Source: Syntrophaceae bacterium UBA7520 (GTDB lineage: Bacteria > Desulfobacterota > Syntrophia > Syntrophales > Smithellaceae). From it: a stretch of DNA of 64,000 nucleotides. The DNA is taken from contig DLNC01000012.1 of assembly GCA_002478265.1 (NCBI GenBank), positions 114,074 through 178,073 on the forward strand. Direction: 5' to 3'. The position numbers and the translations under genes were made by a program. Every line of letters starts with the position of its first letter. Positions within the stretch are counted from its first letter, which is position 1. The notes beneath the pieces are model-generated. The model was not told the DNA's origin, did no database searches, and saw nothing but the letters and a program-made list of their open reading frames with translations. Below, piece by piece: positions 55,197 to 63,350 of the stretch.

Positions 55197-56048
55197 CTAC
55201 TGCTTTACCAGTTCAACCCGCCGGTTTTTAGCTTTTCCCTCCTCTGTTTCATTTGCGGCAATGGGGGCCAGCGGACCTACGCCGGCAGACTTAAGGCGGT
55301 CTGATGCGATATTATATTTTGAAACCAGTTCTTTAACCACAACATCTGCTCTTTGCTGGGAGAGCTTCATGTTATAATCAAGTCCGCCTATGTTATCGGT
55401 ATGACCAACGACATATATATTCAATTGCGGATTATGTTGAAGAAGCTTTGTTATCTCTTTCAGGGCGTTTTCCGATTCGGGTTTGATATTCGCTTTGTTG
55501 AAATCAAAATAGATTCCATAGATCGCGACGTGGCCAGACGTATTTATCCCCTCGGCCATGAATTTAGCGTCGGCGACAATTTCCTGTATCATGGCCTGTT
55601 TTTCGACAATACACAATCTTCCGGCCAGGCCGGCATATCCTTGCCAGAACACCGCCCAGATCTCTTTTCCGTCTACGACAACCTTCATGTAAGTGCTGTC
55701 AGGCCATTTGGGATCATTCTCGAACGCCATACCCCCTATCTTGGTAATGGCGTTTATATAATTCCTTGAAATTTGCAATCTGCTATACCTATTTTTGTAA
55801 TCCGTCTTAAGGCCATAATCTATCGAGTATTTTCTCCCTTCAACGCTTATCTTCTTTTTTGTTTCAGGATCAATGAACGTCTCAGTATCGAAATCTTTTT
55901 GTTCGCACTTAGTTATATAGAAACCTTCCATTCTGGAAAAAAGCAGATGGTCCTTGCATCCTTTTTTATCCTCTTGGGCTAAGGCGTGACCGGATACCAG
56001 CAAAAATACAATCAGCAAAAATAACGAAAACAAACCTGATTTTCTCAT
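55197..56048 (-). CDS. OmpA-family peptidoglycan-binding protein (DUF4892-like N-domain + OmpA_C)
   Basis: 283 aa. Signal peptide and a C-terminal FDFNKANIKPES...VVGHTDNIG...NMKLSQQRA...NRRVELV region. Confidence 0.85.
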   Translation of the reverse strand: MRKSGLFSLFLLIVFLLVSGHALAQEDKKGCKDHLLFSRMEGFYITKCEQKDFDTETFIDPETKKKISVEGRKYSIDYGLKTDYKNRYSRLQISRNYINAITKIGGMAFENDPKWPDSTYMKVVVDGKEIWAVFWQGYAGLAGRLCIVEKQAMIQEIVADAKFMAEGINTSGHVAIYGIYFDFNKANIKPESENALKEITKLLQHNPQLNIYVVGHTDNIGGLDYNMKLSQQRADVVVKELVSKYNIASDRLKSAGVGPLAPIAANETEEGKAKNRRVELVKQ

Positions 56049-56203
56049 AAATCATAGCCTCCTTAAGATAAAAGTTGTTTTTTATAAAAAATAGGAATTC
56101 TTTTTAACTCCCGACTATTCGGGAAAAATTAAACAAAAATGAAAATGGTTTTAGTGGTTTGCGTCCTATTTTGTTTTAACAATCCTATGGTTTAATAATT
56201 GTT

Positions 56204-56235
56204 TTCATATCAGCGCTTCCTGCCATTGGGCGGAG
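56204..56235. repeat. right copy of the 32-nt direct repeat
   Basis: Identical to 53645..53676. It covers the last 9 codons plus the stop of the lipoprotein gene. Confidence 0.9.
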
Positions 56236-56657
56236 GTGACTTTCCATGCGCCTGATTCTTTCTTCAGCGTCACGTCAAAATTCCACACGCCGAGCGATTC
56301 CGGGATGACATCGCTTATGGACCCTGTCTGGACGCCGCTGGTGAGCACTACTTCGAACCCGGCTTTTGCCGCCGCTCCTTCCACGGAAATATCAAGATTG
56401 CTGATGTAGACCGCTATCTTCGGATAGCGAAAAAAGTAACCAATCAGCAAGCCCCTGATGTCTTCGTAATTATTTCCCTGGGGATCGGAATAATTTTTGG
56501 AGACGTGCTCCATAACCCTTTTGACTTCCTTTTCTTCGCTTGCCGCCTGAATAGCCGTGATAATCTTTTTAATCTTGGTCTGCTCGTCTTCTCTGGCACA
56601 GCCGCTGAAGGAAGCGGCAAAAATAAAAATAAGAAAAAACGTTGTAACGCGTTTCAT
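56205..56657 (-). CDS. lipoprotein, NTF2-like/unknown function
   Basis: 150 aa. Lipobox FSGC after a hydrophobic signal peptide. Confidence 0.6.
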   Translation of the reverse strand: MKRVTTFFLIFIFAASFSGCAREDEQTKIKKIITAIQAASEEKEVKRVMEHVSKNYSDPQGNNYEDIRGLLIGYFFRYPKIAVYISNLDISVEGAAAKAGFEVVLTSGVQTGSISDVIPESLGVWNFDVTLKKESGAWKVTSAQWQEALI

Positions 56658-56673
56658 TCGATATCCTTGCTAA

Positions 56674-56916
56674 TTACAATAATTTTTCGTCGATATTGCC
56701 CGGGCCGCCGCATTCCGGTGTGTAGCAGGTAACGTTTCTGAATTCGCATTTGCGGAAACAGGATGGGCATTGTTCCGGAATGTTTTGCGCCTTGAGGATG
56801 AACCCGCATTCGCGGCATTTCCAGTAAGTCATACCGCAGTCAGGGCACTTGTCGTCATCAAACGGCTTGTCGGATCGGTAGCCGCAAATAGCACATTCTT
56901 TAACCGCCATCTCCAT
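56674..56916 (-). CDS. rubredoxin-like double zinc-ribbon protein
   Basis: 80 aa. CAICG...CPDCG and a rubrerythrin-type WKCRECG...CPSC, plus extra Cys residues. Confidence 0.6.
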   Translation of the reverse strand: MEMAVKECAICGYRSDKPFDDDKCPDCGMTYWKCRECGFILKAQNIPEQCPSCFRKCEFRNVTCYTPECGGPGNIDEKLL

Positions 56917-56972
56917 ACCTCCTTTACGCGAAGTTGTTTCTGACTTAAAGATGCCGCTTTTTTCGCTTTATA

Positions 56973-57524
56973 CTACAATCCCAAATCCTGCGCCACGCCT
57001 TTCATCGCGTCCAGACCCAGCGCAATAAACTCATCCAGTTCCAGGCCGATTGCACTACATTGGGCAATCTGCGCGCGGTTCGCGCCCGCGGCAAAGCGCT
57101 CTTCCTTGAAGCGCTTTTTGATTGATTTGGCTTCCACTTGTGCCAGTTTTTTATCCGGGCGCACCAGGGCCGCGGCGGTAATTAATCCGGTCAAAGGATC
57201 CGTGCAAAAAAGAGCTTTATCCAGAAGTGACACGCAGGGCTCGCCCAGCATCTGGTTGTGGACTAAAATGGCGTGAGTCACGGCATCGCTCGCACCCAGC
57301 TCTTTGGCCATCTCTGCGCCGGGTTTGCCGTGAATTTTCATATCCGCGTTGGTCAGGTCAATGTCGATATCGTGCAAAAGCCCCGCCAGCCCCCATTCCT
57401 CTTCGTTTTCATTGAAGCGCCGGGCCAGCGCGCGCATGATTGCTTCCGTAGCCAGCATATGCTTGATAAGGTTTTCGGTCTTCACGTTTTCCTGAACGGC
57501 TTTGAGCGCCACTTCTCGTTCCAT
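56973..57524 (-). CDS. HD-domain (HDIG-like) phosphohydrolase
   Basis: 183 aa. H...LAGLLHDIDI motif. Confidence 0.8.
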   Translation of the reverse strand: MEREVALKAVQENVKTENLIKHMLATEAIMRALARRFNENEEEWGLAGLLHDIDIDLTNADMKIHGKPGAEMAKELGASDAVTHAILVHNQMLGEPCVSLLDKALFCTDPLTGLITAAALVRPDKKLAQVEAKSIKKRFKEERFAAGANRAQIAQCSAIGLELDEFIALGLDAMKGVAQDLGL

Positions 57525-57735
57525 AAAAAGCTTCTCCTGATGACTAAAGTTAAGTCATTAATTACTGATAAGAATACTTACATCTTGCGTGGCATTTGTT
57601 CAACAAAAATAGAAAACCGTTATCAGCCGGGGTATCAGTCGCGCCGTTTCCCCATCCTCATTTTCCTGTCGCGCCGAACTCTCATGCACAAAAATAACCT
57701 TTAGGGAGCGGCCTGAATATAAAAAGAATATTGTC

Positions 57736-57764
57736 TTGACAGGATAGGCGCGCGTCTTTATATT
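57736..57764 (+). promoter_or_regulatory. sigma-70 promoter with flanking GC-rich inverted repeat
   Basis: TTGACA, a 17-nt spacer, then TATATT. AGGCGCG...CGCGCCT arms bracket the -10 box. Confidence 0.6.
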
Positions 57765-57808
57765 GCACGCGCCTTGTATATGGAGCAAAAGCATAAAAGA
57801 GCATTGCA

Positions 57809-59233
57809 GTGAATCTTGATTCTTTATTTTATCCAAAAAACATCGCCGTTATTGGCGCTTCCGACAATCTGGGCGGAGGGAAAATGCCCTATTTTCAGAT
57901 TATACGGGCTAACGGCTTTAAAGGTTCTATTTATCCGGTAAATCCCAGGCGGGGCACAGTGGACGGGGTCAAGGCCTACGCCTCCATCGACGAGCTTCCC
58001 GAACCGGTTGATTTTGCGATTGTCGCCGCTCCGGTCGAGCAGTCCATGGATATTGTTAAAGCGGCGGTGCGCAAGCACATTAAATTCATCCATTTTTTCA
58101 CCTCCGGTTTCGGAGAAACGGGAAACCGGCAACTGGAAGAGGATCTGGTCAGGGAAGCGCGTAAAGGGCATCTGCGGATTGTCGGCCCGAACTGCATCGG
58201 AATTCACTGTTCTGAATCGAAAATTTCTTTTACGTTCGCTCCTGAACAGGAGTTGCCCGGCACCGTCGCCTTTCTGGGGCAGTCGGGCGGGATTACGGGT
58301 AATTTTCTGGCGCTGGCCTCCACAAGAAAAATCCCGCTCAATAAAGTCGTCTCCTATGGAAACCAGATCGATCTGCGGCTTGAAGAATATCTGGATTATC
58401 TGGCCGATGATAAAAAAATACGCATCATCGCCTGCTACGTTGAAGATATCAAAGACCCGGATCATTTCCTGCAGTCCCTGAAAAAAACAACGGCTAAAAA
58501 ACCGGTTATTATTCTCAAGGGGGGAAAAACGGAGACGGGCTCAAAGGCGGCGGCAAGCCACACGGGCGCCATGGCCAGTGATTACACTATCTGGGCCGCG
58601 GTCATCAGGCAGCATGGCGGCCTTCTGGTGGACAACTTTGACCAGATGATGCACTTGGTGATGTTGGGTACAGCCAAAAAACCCCTGCGGGGAAAGCGCG
58701 TGGGATTCCTGGGAGCTGGAGGTGGCGTTTCGGTCCTCTTCAGCGATCTCGCGGTGCAGGCAGGCCTTGTTCTTCCCGAATTGAGCGCCCGCGCCCAACA
58801 GAAGATCAGCGAAAAAATCATGGGGGTCAATACCTCGACGGTGAACCCGGTTGACCTGGGCGCCTTCGGTTTCGACCTCAACGTCATGCTGCACACCATG
58901 AAAGCCATCGATGAGGACGAGGGAATCGATGTCATTGTTCCCTACTTTTCCGTCGAATATATTATGCGGTCGGAAACTATTCTTCAGGTAAAAAATAACG
59001 CCGATACCATCATGGAAATGGCCCATCAAATCAAGAAACCCGTCATTCCCATATTATCGAGCTTTGTGGAAGACAATCTTGATGTTGAGCGCACCAGAAT
59101 TACAACTTTTGCCGCTCTGCGCAACGCGGGATTTCCTGTTTATATAAAAATGCAGGACGCTATCTATTCCATCGGAACCTACTTTGAATGGGTCGCGAAA
59201 CACCCCCTCGGAAAAACCAGGGTTACATCATAA
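57809..59233 (+). CDS. ADP-forming acetyl-/acyl-CoA synthetase, alpha-type portion (CoA-binding + ligase-CoA domains)
   Basis: 474 aa, GTG start. FYPKNIAVIGAS, GPNCIGI and SHTGAMAS (phosphohistidine loop) motifs. No ATP-grasp beta part in this ORF or next to it. Confidence 0.8.
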   Translation: MNLDSLFYPKNIAVIGASDNLGGGKMPYFQIIRANGFKGSIYPVNPRRGTVDGVKAYASIDELPEPVDFAIVAAPVEQSMDIVKAAVRKHIKFIHFFTSGFGETGNRQLEEDLVREARKGHLRIVGPNCIGIHCSESKISFTFAPEQELPGTVAFLGQSGGITGNFLALASTRKIPLNKVVSYGNQIDLRLEEYLDYLADDKKIRIIACYVEDIKDPDHFLQSLKKTTAKKPVIILKGGKTETGSKAAASHTGAMASDYTIWAAVIRQHGGLLVDNFDQMMHLVMLGTAKKPLRGKRVGFLGAGGGVSVLFSDLAVQAGLVLPELSARAQQKISEKIMGVNTSTVNPVDLGAFGFDLNVMLHTMKAIDEDEGIDVIVPYFSVEYIMRSETILQVKNNADTIMEMAHQIKKPVIPILSSFVEDNLDVERTRITTFAALRNAGFPVYIKMQDAIYSIGTYFEWVAKHPLGKTRVTS

Positions 59234-59252
59234 AAACGCTTGCTGATTTTTA

Positions 59253-60794
59253 TCACCAGTTTTTCATCTTCGTGACAGAATCAAATTCTTCCGTGATTTC
59301 CCTGGCGGGAGCTTTCGTGATTAAGCTCACCGCTACAATGGCCACGCACGCGAAAAGAAAAGCCGGCAAAAGTTCGTAAATGTTCCACGCGCCGCCGAAC
59401 GGTCGCACCAGATACTTCCAGACAAACACCATCGCGCCGCCCGCGATCATTCCGGCTACCGCGCCGTAAAGATTGGAACGCTTCCAGAAAAGAGCAAAGA
59501 GCATCACGGGGCCGAAGGCCGCGCCGAATCCCGCCCAGGCGAACGACACGATAAGAAAAATCGAGCTTTCCGGATTTCTGGCGATGAACGCGGCGATGAC
59601 GGCGATCAATATAACCGTGGCTCTGGCAATCAGCATTGTCTTTTTTGCGGGCAGCTTTATGCCAAAGCATTCCCCGATCAGATTTTCCGTAACGCCGGAG
59701 GAAGCAACCAGAAGCTGAGAGTCGGAGGTGGACATGGTGGCGGCAAGAACTCCGGATAGAAAAATTCCGGCGGCCAAAGCGCAAAGCACGCCCTGGCGGC
59801 TTATAAGCTCCGCTATCCGCAGGAGAACCGTTTCAGAGGAAGAACCCTGCAGCGTGGCAATTGTCCCGTTCGCGGAAAGCGTCTGGCCGACGATGCCGAT
59901 CAAAACCGCCACGCCCAGCGAAATCACCACCCACGTAACCGCGATGCGGCGGGAAAAGACAAGCTTCTTTTCGTCTCTGATTGCCATAAAGCGCAGGAGG
60001 ATATGCGGCATGCCGAAGTAACCCAGCCCCCAGGCCATGGTGGAGATGATGGTAATTAATCCATAGCTTTCTGCCTGCCCGGAAGCACCGTTGTGCGATA
60101 GCGTCATGCTCAGATAGCCCGGCAATGTTTGGGCGTTTCCCAGCACCGCGTCAATGCCGCCGGCAACCAGAACGCCAAAAATCAGGATTCCCAGAAGCGA
60201 CACGCTCATGATGATGCCCTGTATCAAATCCGTCGTGCTCGCGGCCAAGAACCCACCGATGGTCGTGTAGGAAACCACCACAACCGCGCCGATGAGCATG
60301 GCTGTTGTATAGTCGATGCCGAACACGCTGTTAAAAAGCTTGCCGCAGGCGGCAAAACCCGCCGCCGTGTACGGGATAAAGAAAATCAGGATGACGATGG
60401 CGGCAATCCAGGTGAGAAGTTTTTTTTCATCGCGGTAACGGTTGGAAAAAAACTCCGGCAGCGTGATGGCGTTTCCCGCCGCCTGTGAATAACGGCGCAG
60501 GCGCCGGGCGACCAATAGCCAGTTTAAATATGTTCCGATAGCCAGGCCGATTGCCGTCCAGCCCGCGTCCGCGAATCCGGAAAGATACGCAACGCCGGGC
60601 AGTCCCATCAAAAGCCAGCTGCTCATGTCGGATGCTTCCGCGCTCATGGCCGTGACGACGGCGCCCAGCTTTCTGCCGCCGAGATAAAAATCGCCCACCT
60701 GGGCGTTGCGGCGGGCGTAAATGAAACCAATGACAATCAGCATCACCATGTAGGCAATAATGGCGATAATCATAAAACCGTTGGAAGCGATCAT
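59253..60794 (-). CDS. putP: sodium:solute symporter family, proline permease-like
   Basis: 513 aa. Typical SSS/PutP N-terminus (DFYLGGRKLG), about 13 TM helices. Confidence 0.85.
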   Translation of the reverse strand: MIASNGFMIIAIIAYMVMLIVIGFIYARRNAQVGDFYLGGRKLGAVVTAMSAEASDMSSWLLMGLPGVAYLSGFADAGWTAIGLAIGTYLNWLLVARRLRRYSQAAGNAITLPEFFSNRYRDEKKLLTWIAAIVILIFFIPYTAAGFAACGKLFNSVFGIDYTTAMLIGAVVVVSYTTIGGFLAASTTDLIQGIIMSVSLLGILIFGVLVAGGIDAVLGNAQTLPGYLSMTLSHNGASGQAESYGLITIISTMAWGLGYFGMPHILLRFMAIRDEKKLVFSRRIAVTWVVISLGVAVLIGIVGQTLSANGTIATLQGSSSETVLLRIAELISRQGVLCALAAGIFLSGVLAATMSTSDSQLLVASSGVTENLIGECFGIKLPAKKTMLIARATVILIAVIAAFIARNPESSIFLIVSFAWAGFGAAFGPVMLFALFWKRSNLYGAVAGMIAGGAMVFVWKYLVRPFGGAWNIYELLPAFLFACVAIVAVSLITKAPAREITEEFDSVTKMKNW

Positions 60795-60816
60795 AAAATA
60801 TTTTCCGGTAAAATCA

Positions 60817-61353
60817 TTATTTTTTGATAAATTTCGGCGGCAGTTTTTCCGCGCCCATGGCTTCCACCGCCTTCGCGATGGTCTGCAGTTTGGGGATAAT
60901 CATCTGCTTGGATGTGCCGTGCGCCAGCCATTTTCCCGCGCTGTCGATAACCGCGGCTTCGGCAATGCAGATGCTTTTACCGGCCTTGATTCTTTTGCCC
61001 TCAATCACCAGATGCCCCTCAGACACCGGCGCCAGATTGTCAACTTTTACATCAAGAGAAATCAGGCCATCGGTTTCTTCAACATCGCAATAAACCGCCC
61101 AGTAAGCGGCCGTGTCGATCAGCGATGAATAGACGCCGCCGTGGACGCCGCCGAAGGGATTCAGATGCTTTTCCACGATATCTGTCTCCACCGTCGCGAA
61201 GCCCGCGCCCAGCGCGGTAACCTTCATGGAGAGCAGGCGGAAGTAGGGACTTTTATTGATGATGCGCAAAACTGCTTCGATATGGTCGGGGTTCAGATTC
61301 TTCATGATTTCAGCTCCGGATTCGGGCATCATTTTAAAAAACTTACCTTTCAT
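60817..61353 (-). CDS. PaaI/hot-dog fold thioesterase
   Basis: FGGVHGGVYSSLIDTA motif. The start is ambiguous: TTG 61371, ATG 61353, 61332 or 61305. The last is preceded by GGAG and would give about 162 aa. Confidence 0.7.
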   Translation of the reverse strand: MKGKFFKMMPESGAEIMKNLNPDHIEAVLRIINKSPYFRLLSMKVTALGAGFATVETDIVEKHLNPFGGVHGGVYSSLIDTAAYWAVYCDVEETDGLISLDVKVDNLAPVSEGHLVIEGKRIKAGKSICIAEAAVIDSAGKWLAHGTSKQMIIPKLQTIAKAVEAMGAEKLPPKFIKK

Positions 61354-61502
61354 GCCGCTTTTATTCAACAAAAAATTTTTCTTACATTATCGCTTCACGT
61401 TCAAGATTATACATAACTTTAAATTCGGGCATTGTAATTGCGCCGCTCCCATCAATATGCTATTGTCTGCCTCGTTAAGAATACAGGAAAAGGAGTCACG
61501 CC

Positions 61503-62021
61503 ATGAAAGAAAAACCCGATTACGAAAAATATCCGGTAAGTGAAGAGGAAATGGGCAAACGCTACAAAAACTGGACGGAATCCCTCGCGCGGCAGATGGT
61601 CACCTTATTCCGCGTCGGCAAGGAAGTCGGCGGAGAAAAATTTATCGAGCGGCTCAAAGAAGAATATTTCAAAGACGGTCAGAAAGGCGCCAAGTTATGG
61701 ATGAGTCTGACCGGGACGACGCTGGAAGATTTTAAGGATTGCTCGAACCTGCACAAAGTTCACGACCTCATTGATGATACCTTCGCCAATTTCTGGGATG
61801 GCTATGTCGAAAACTCTCCTAAAGGATTTGAAAAAGAGCTCAAGACCTGCCCGGTGACCAAAATGTGGTCGAAGGAGCCGGACTTATGCGAGGTCCTGCT
61901 GGGCGAATCCCTGCGGGGCATGGCGACATCGCTGAATCCTAATTTTACAACCACAGGTTTCACCAAACTGCTCACCAAGGGCGATTCCTGCTGCCGTTTC
62001 CGCGTGGAGCTGAAAAAATAA
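61503..62021 (+). CDS. ATC-hydrolase-like (L-2-amino-thiazoline-4-carboxylate hydrolase family) protein
   Basis: 172 aa. The C-terminal CP...C...GDSCCRFRV pattern resembles that family. Assigned from memory of the motif only. Confidence 0.4.
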   Translation: MKEKPDYEKYPVSEEEMGKRYKNWTESLARQMVTLFRVGKEVGGEKFIERLKEEYFKDGQKGAKLWMSLTGTTLEDFKDCSNLHKVHDLIDDTFANFWDGYVENSPKGFEKELKTCPVTKMWSKEPDLCEVLLGESLRGMATSLNPNFTTTGFTKLLTKGDSCCRFRVELKK

Positions 62022-62034
62022 AAAGGAAATCACC

Positions 62035-63012
62035 ATGGCAAAGATCAATACCGTTTTGGGCCCCATCGCGCCGGAAAATTTAGGGCTTACTCTTCCCCAC
62101 GAGCACATCATCGCCGCCTATCCCGGCTGGGAATGCGACCCGCTAACCAGGCCTTATAATCAGGAAAAGATTGTAAGCGCCTGCCTGAAAAATCTTGAGC
62201 CGGTGAAACAATTCGGCGTTCGGGCGATAATCGATGCCACACCCGTGGATTTATCCAGAAACGTTGCCGTCATGAAAGGCGTTTCGGAAAAACTACAAAT
62301 CAACATTGTCTGCGCCACCGGCAGGTATACGGAAGCAGAAGGCAAATGGATTTATTTTCAGCGCCGAGAAAATGTCAAAATCGGCAACATGCAGACGGAA
62401 ATCTATGAAGGCATAATGCAAGAAATAAATTACGGCATCGGCCAGACCGGCATCAAACCGGGTGTGATAAAAGTCGCGACGGGATTAAACAAAATTGCTC
62501 CCTGTGAAGAGGCAACGCTAAAAGCGGCGGCACAGGCCAGCCGTGAAACAGGAGTACCCATCACAACGCATACGGAAGATGGCACCATGGGACCCGAACA
62601 GGCAGATATCCTAATCTCAGAGGGAGCGGCGCCGGAAAAAATCACCATCGGCCACATGTGCGGCAATGCTTCACTGGATTATCACCTAGATGTTTTGAAG
62701 CGCGGAGTTTACATAGCCTTTGACCGCTTCGGGATTGAAATGAAGATAAAAGATCAGACGCGCGTTGCCACACTTATTGGCCTTCTGGAAAAGGGCTACG
62801 CCAACCGCATTTTGCTTTCCCATGATTGCATGGCCGCTGTTTACGGCAGAGGCGGCCGCATGCCCATGGAAGAGGCCATCAAGTTTAAGAACTGGTCATT
62901 TACGAATATTTTTACCAATATTCTGCCGGCGCTGAAAAACGCCGGCATCAGCGATGAACAGATTAAAACCATGATGGTAGACAATCCCCGGCACTTCCTG
63001 TCGGGTGATTAG
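62035..63012 (+). CDS. phosphotriesterase-family (PTE/PHP-like) metal hydrolase
   Basis: 325 aa. LPHEHI metal-binding start, a TTHTE-like ITTHTEDG, and GHMCG and SHD motifs. Confidence 0.85.
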   Translation: MAKINTVLGPIAPENLGLTLPHEHIIAAYPGWECDPLTRPYNQEKIVSACLKNLEPVKQFGVRAIIDATPVDLSRNVAVMKGVSEKLQINIVCATGRYTEAEGKWIYFQRRENVKIGNMQTEIYEGIMQEINYGIGQTGIKPGVIKVATGLNKIAPCEEATLKAAAQASRETGVPITTHTEDGTMGPEQADILISEGAAPEKITIGHMCGNASLDYHLDVLKRGVYIAFDRFGIEMKIKDQTRVATLIGLLEKGYANRILLSHDCMAAVYGRGGRMPMEEAIKFKNWSFTNIFTNILPALKNAGISDEQIKTMMVDNPRHFLSGD

Positions 63013-63020
63013 CGCTGTCT

Positions 63021-63350
63021 GTCCTTGCGAGGAGTGAAACGACGAAGCAATCTCTTACCCTGTCATTGCGAGCGAATGCAATGAGCGAAGCAATCTTTTT
63101 TCGTTAGAGATCGCTTCAGATTGCCGCGGCACAAAAAAACGTGCCTCGCAATGACACACCCTTTTCTTGTCATTGCGAGAAGTGAAACGACGAAGCAATC
63201 CCTCACCCTGTCATTGCGAGCGAAGTCACGAAGCGTCAGCCCTGCGCATGCTGGGCAATCTCTAAACGTGCCTCGCAATGACACACCATTTTTTTGTCAT
63301 TGCAACGAACGAAGCGCCGAAGCGTAAGCCCGGCGAATGCCGGGCAATCT
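63021..63350. repeat. array of about 7 palindromic repeat units (GTCATTGCGAG...GAAGCAATC family) in both orientations
   Basis: Forward units start near 63021, 63062, 63169, 63210 and 63296. Inverted CGTGCCTCGCAATGAC copies are at 63140-63155 and 63267-63282, within 24 nt identical stretches. The array fills the whole convergent intergenic gap. Confidence 0.85.
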
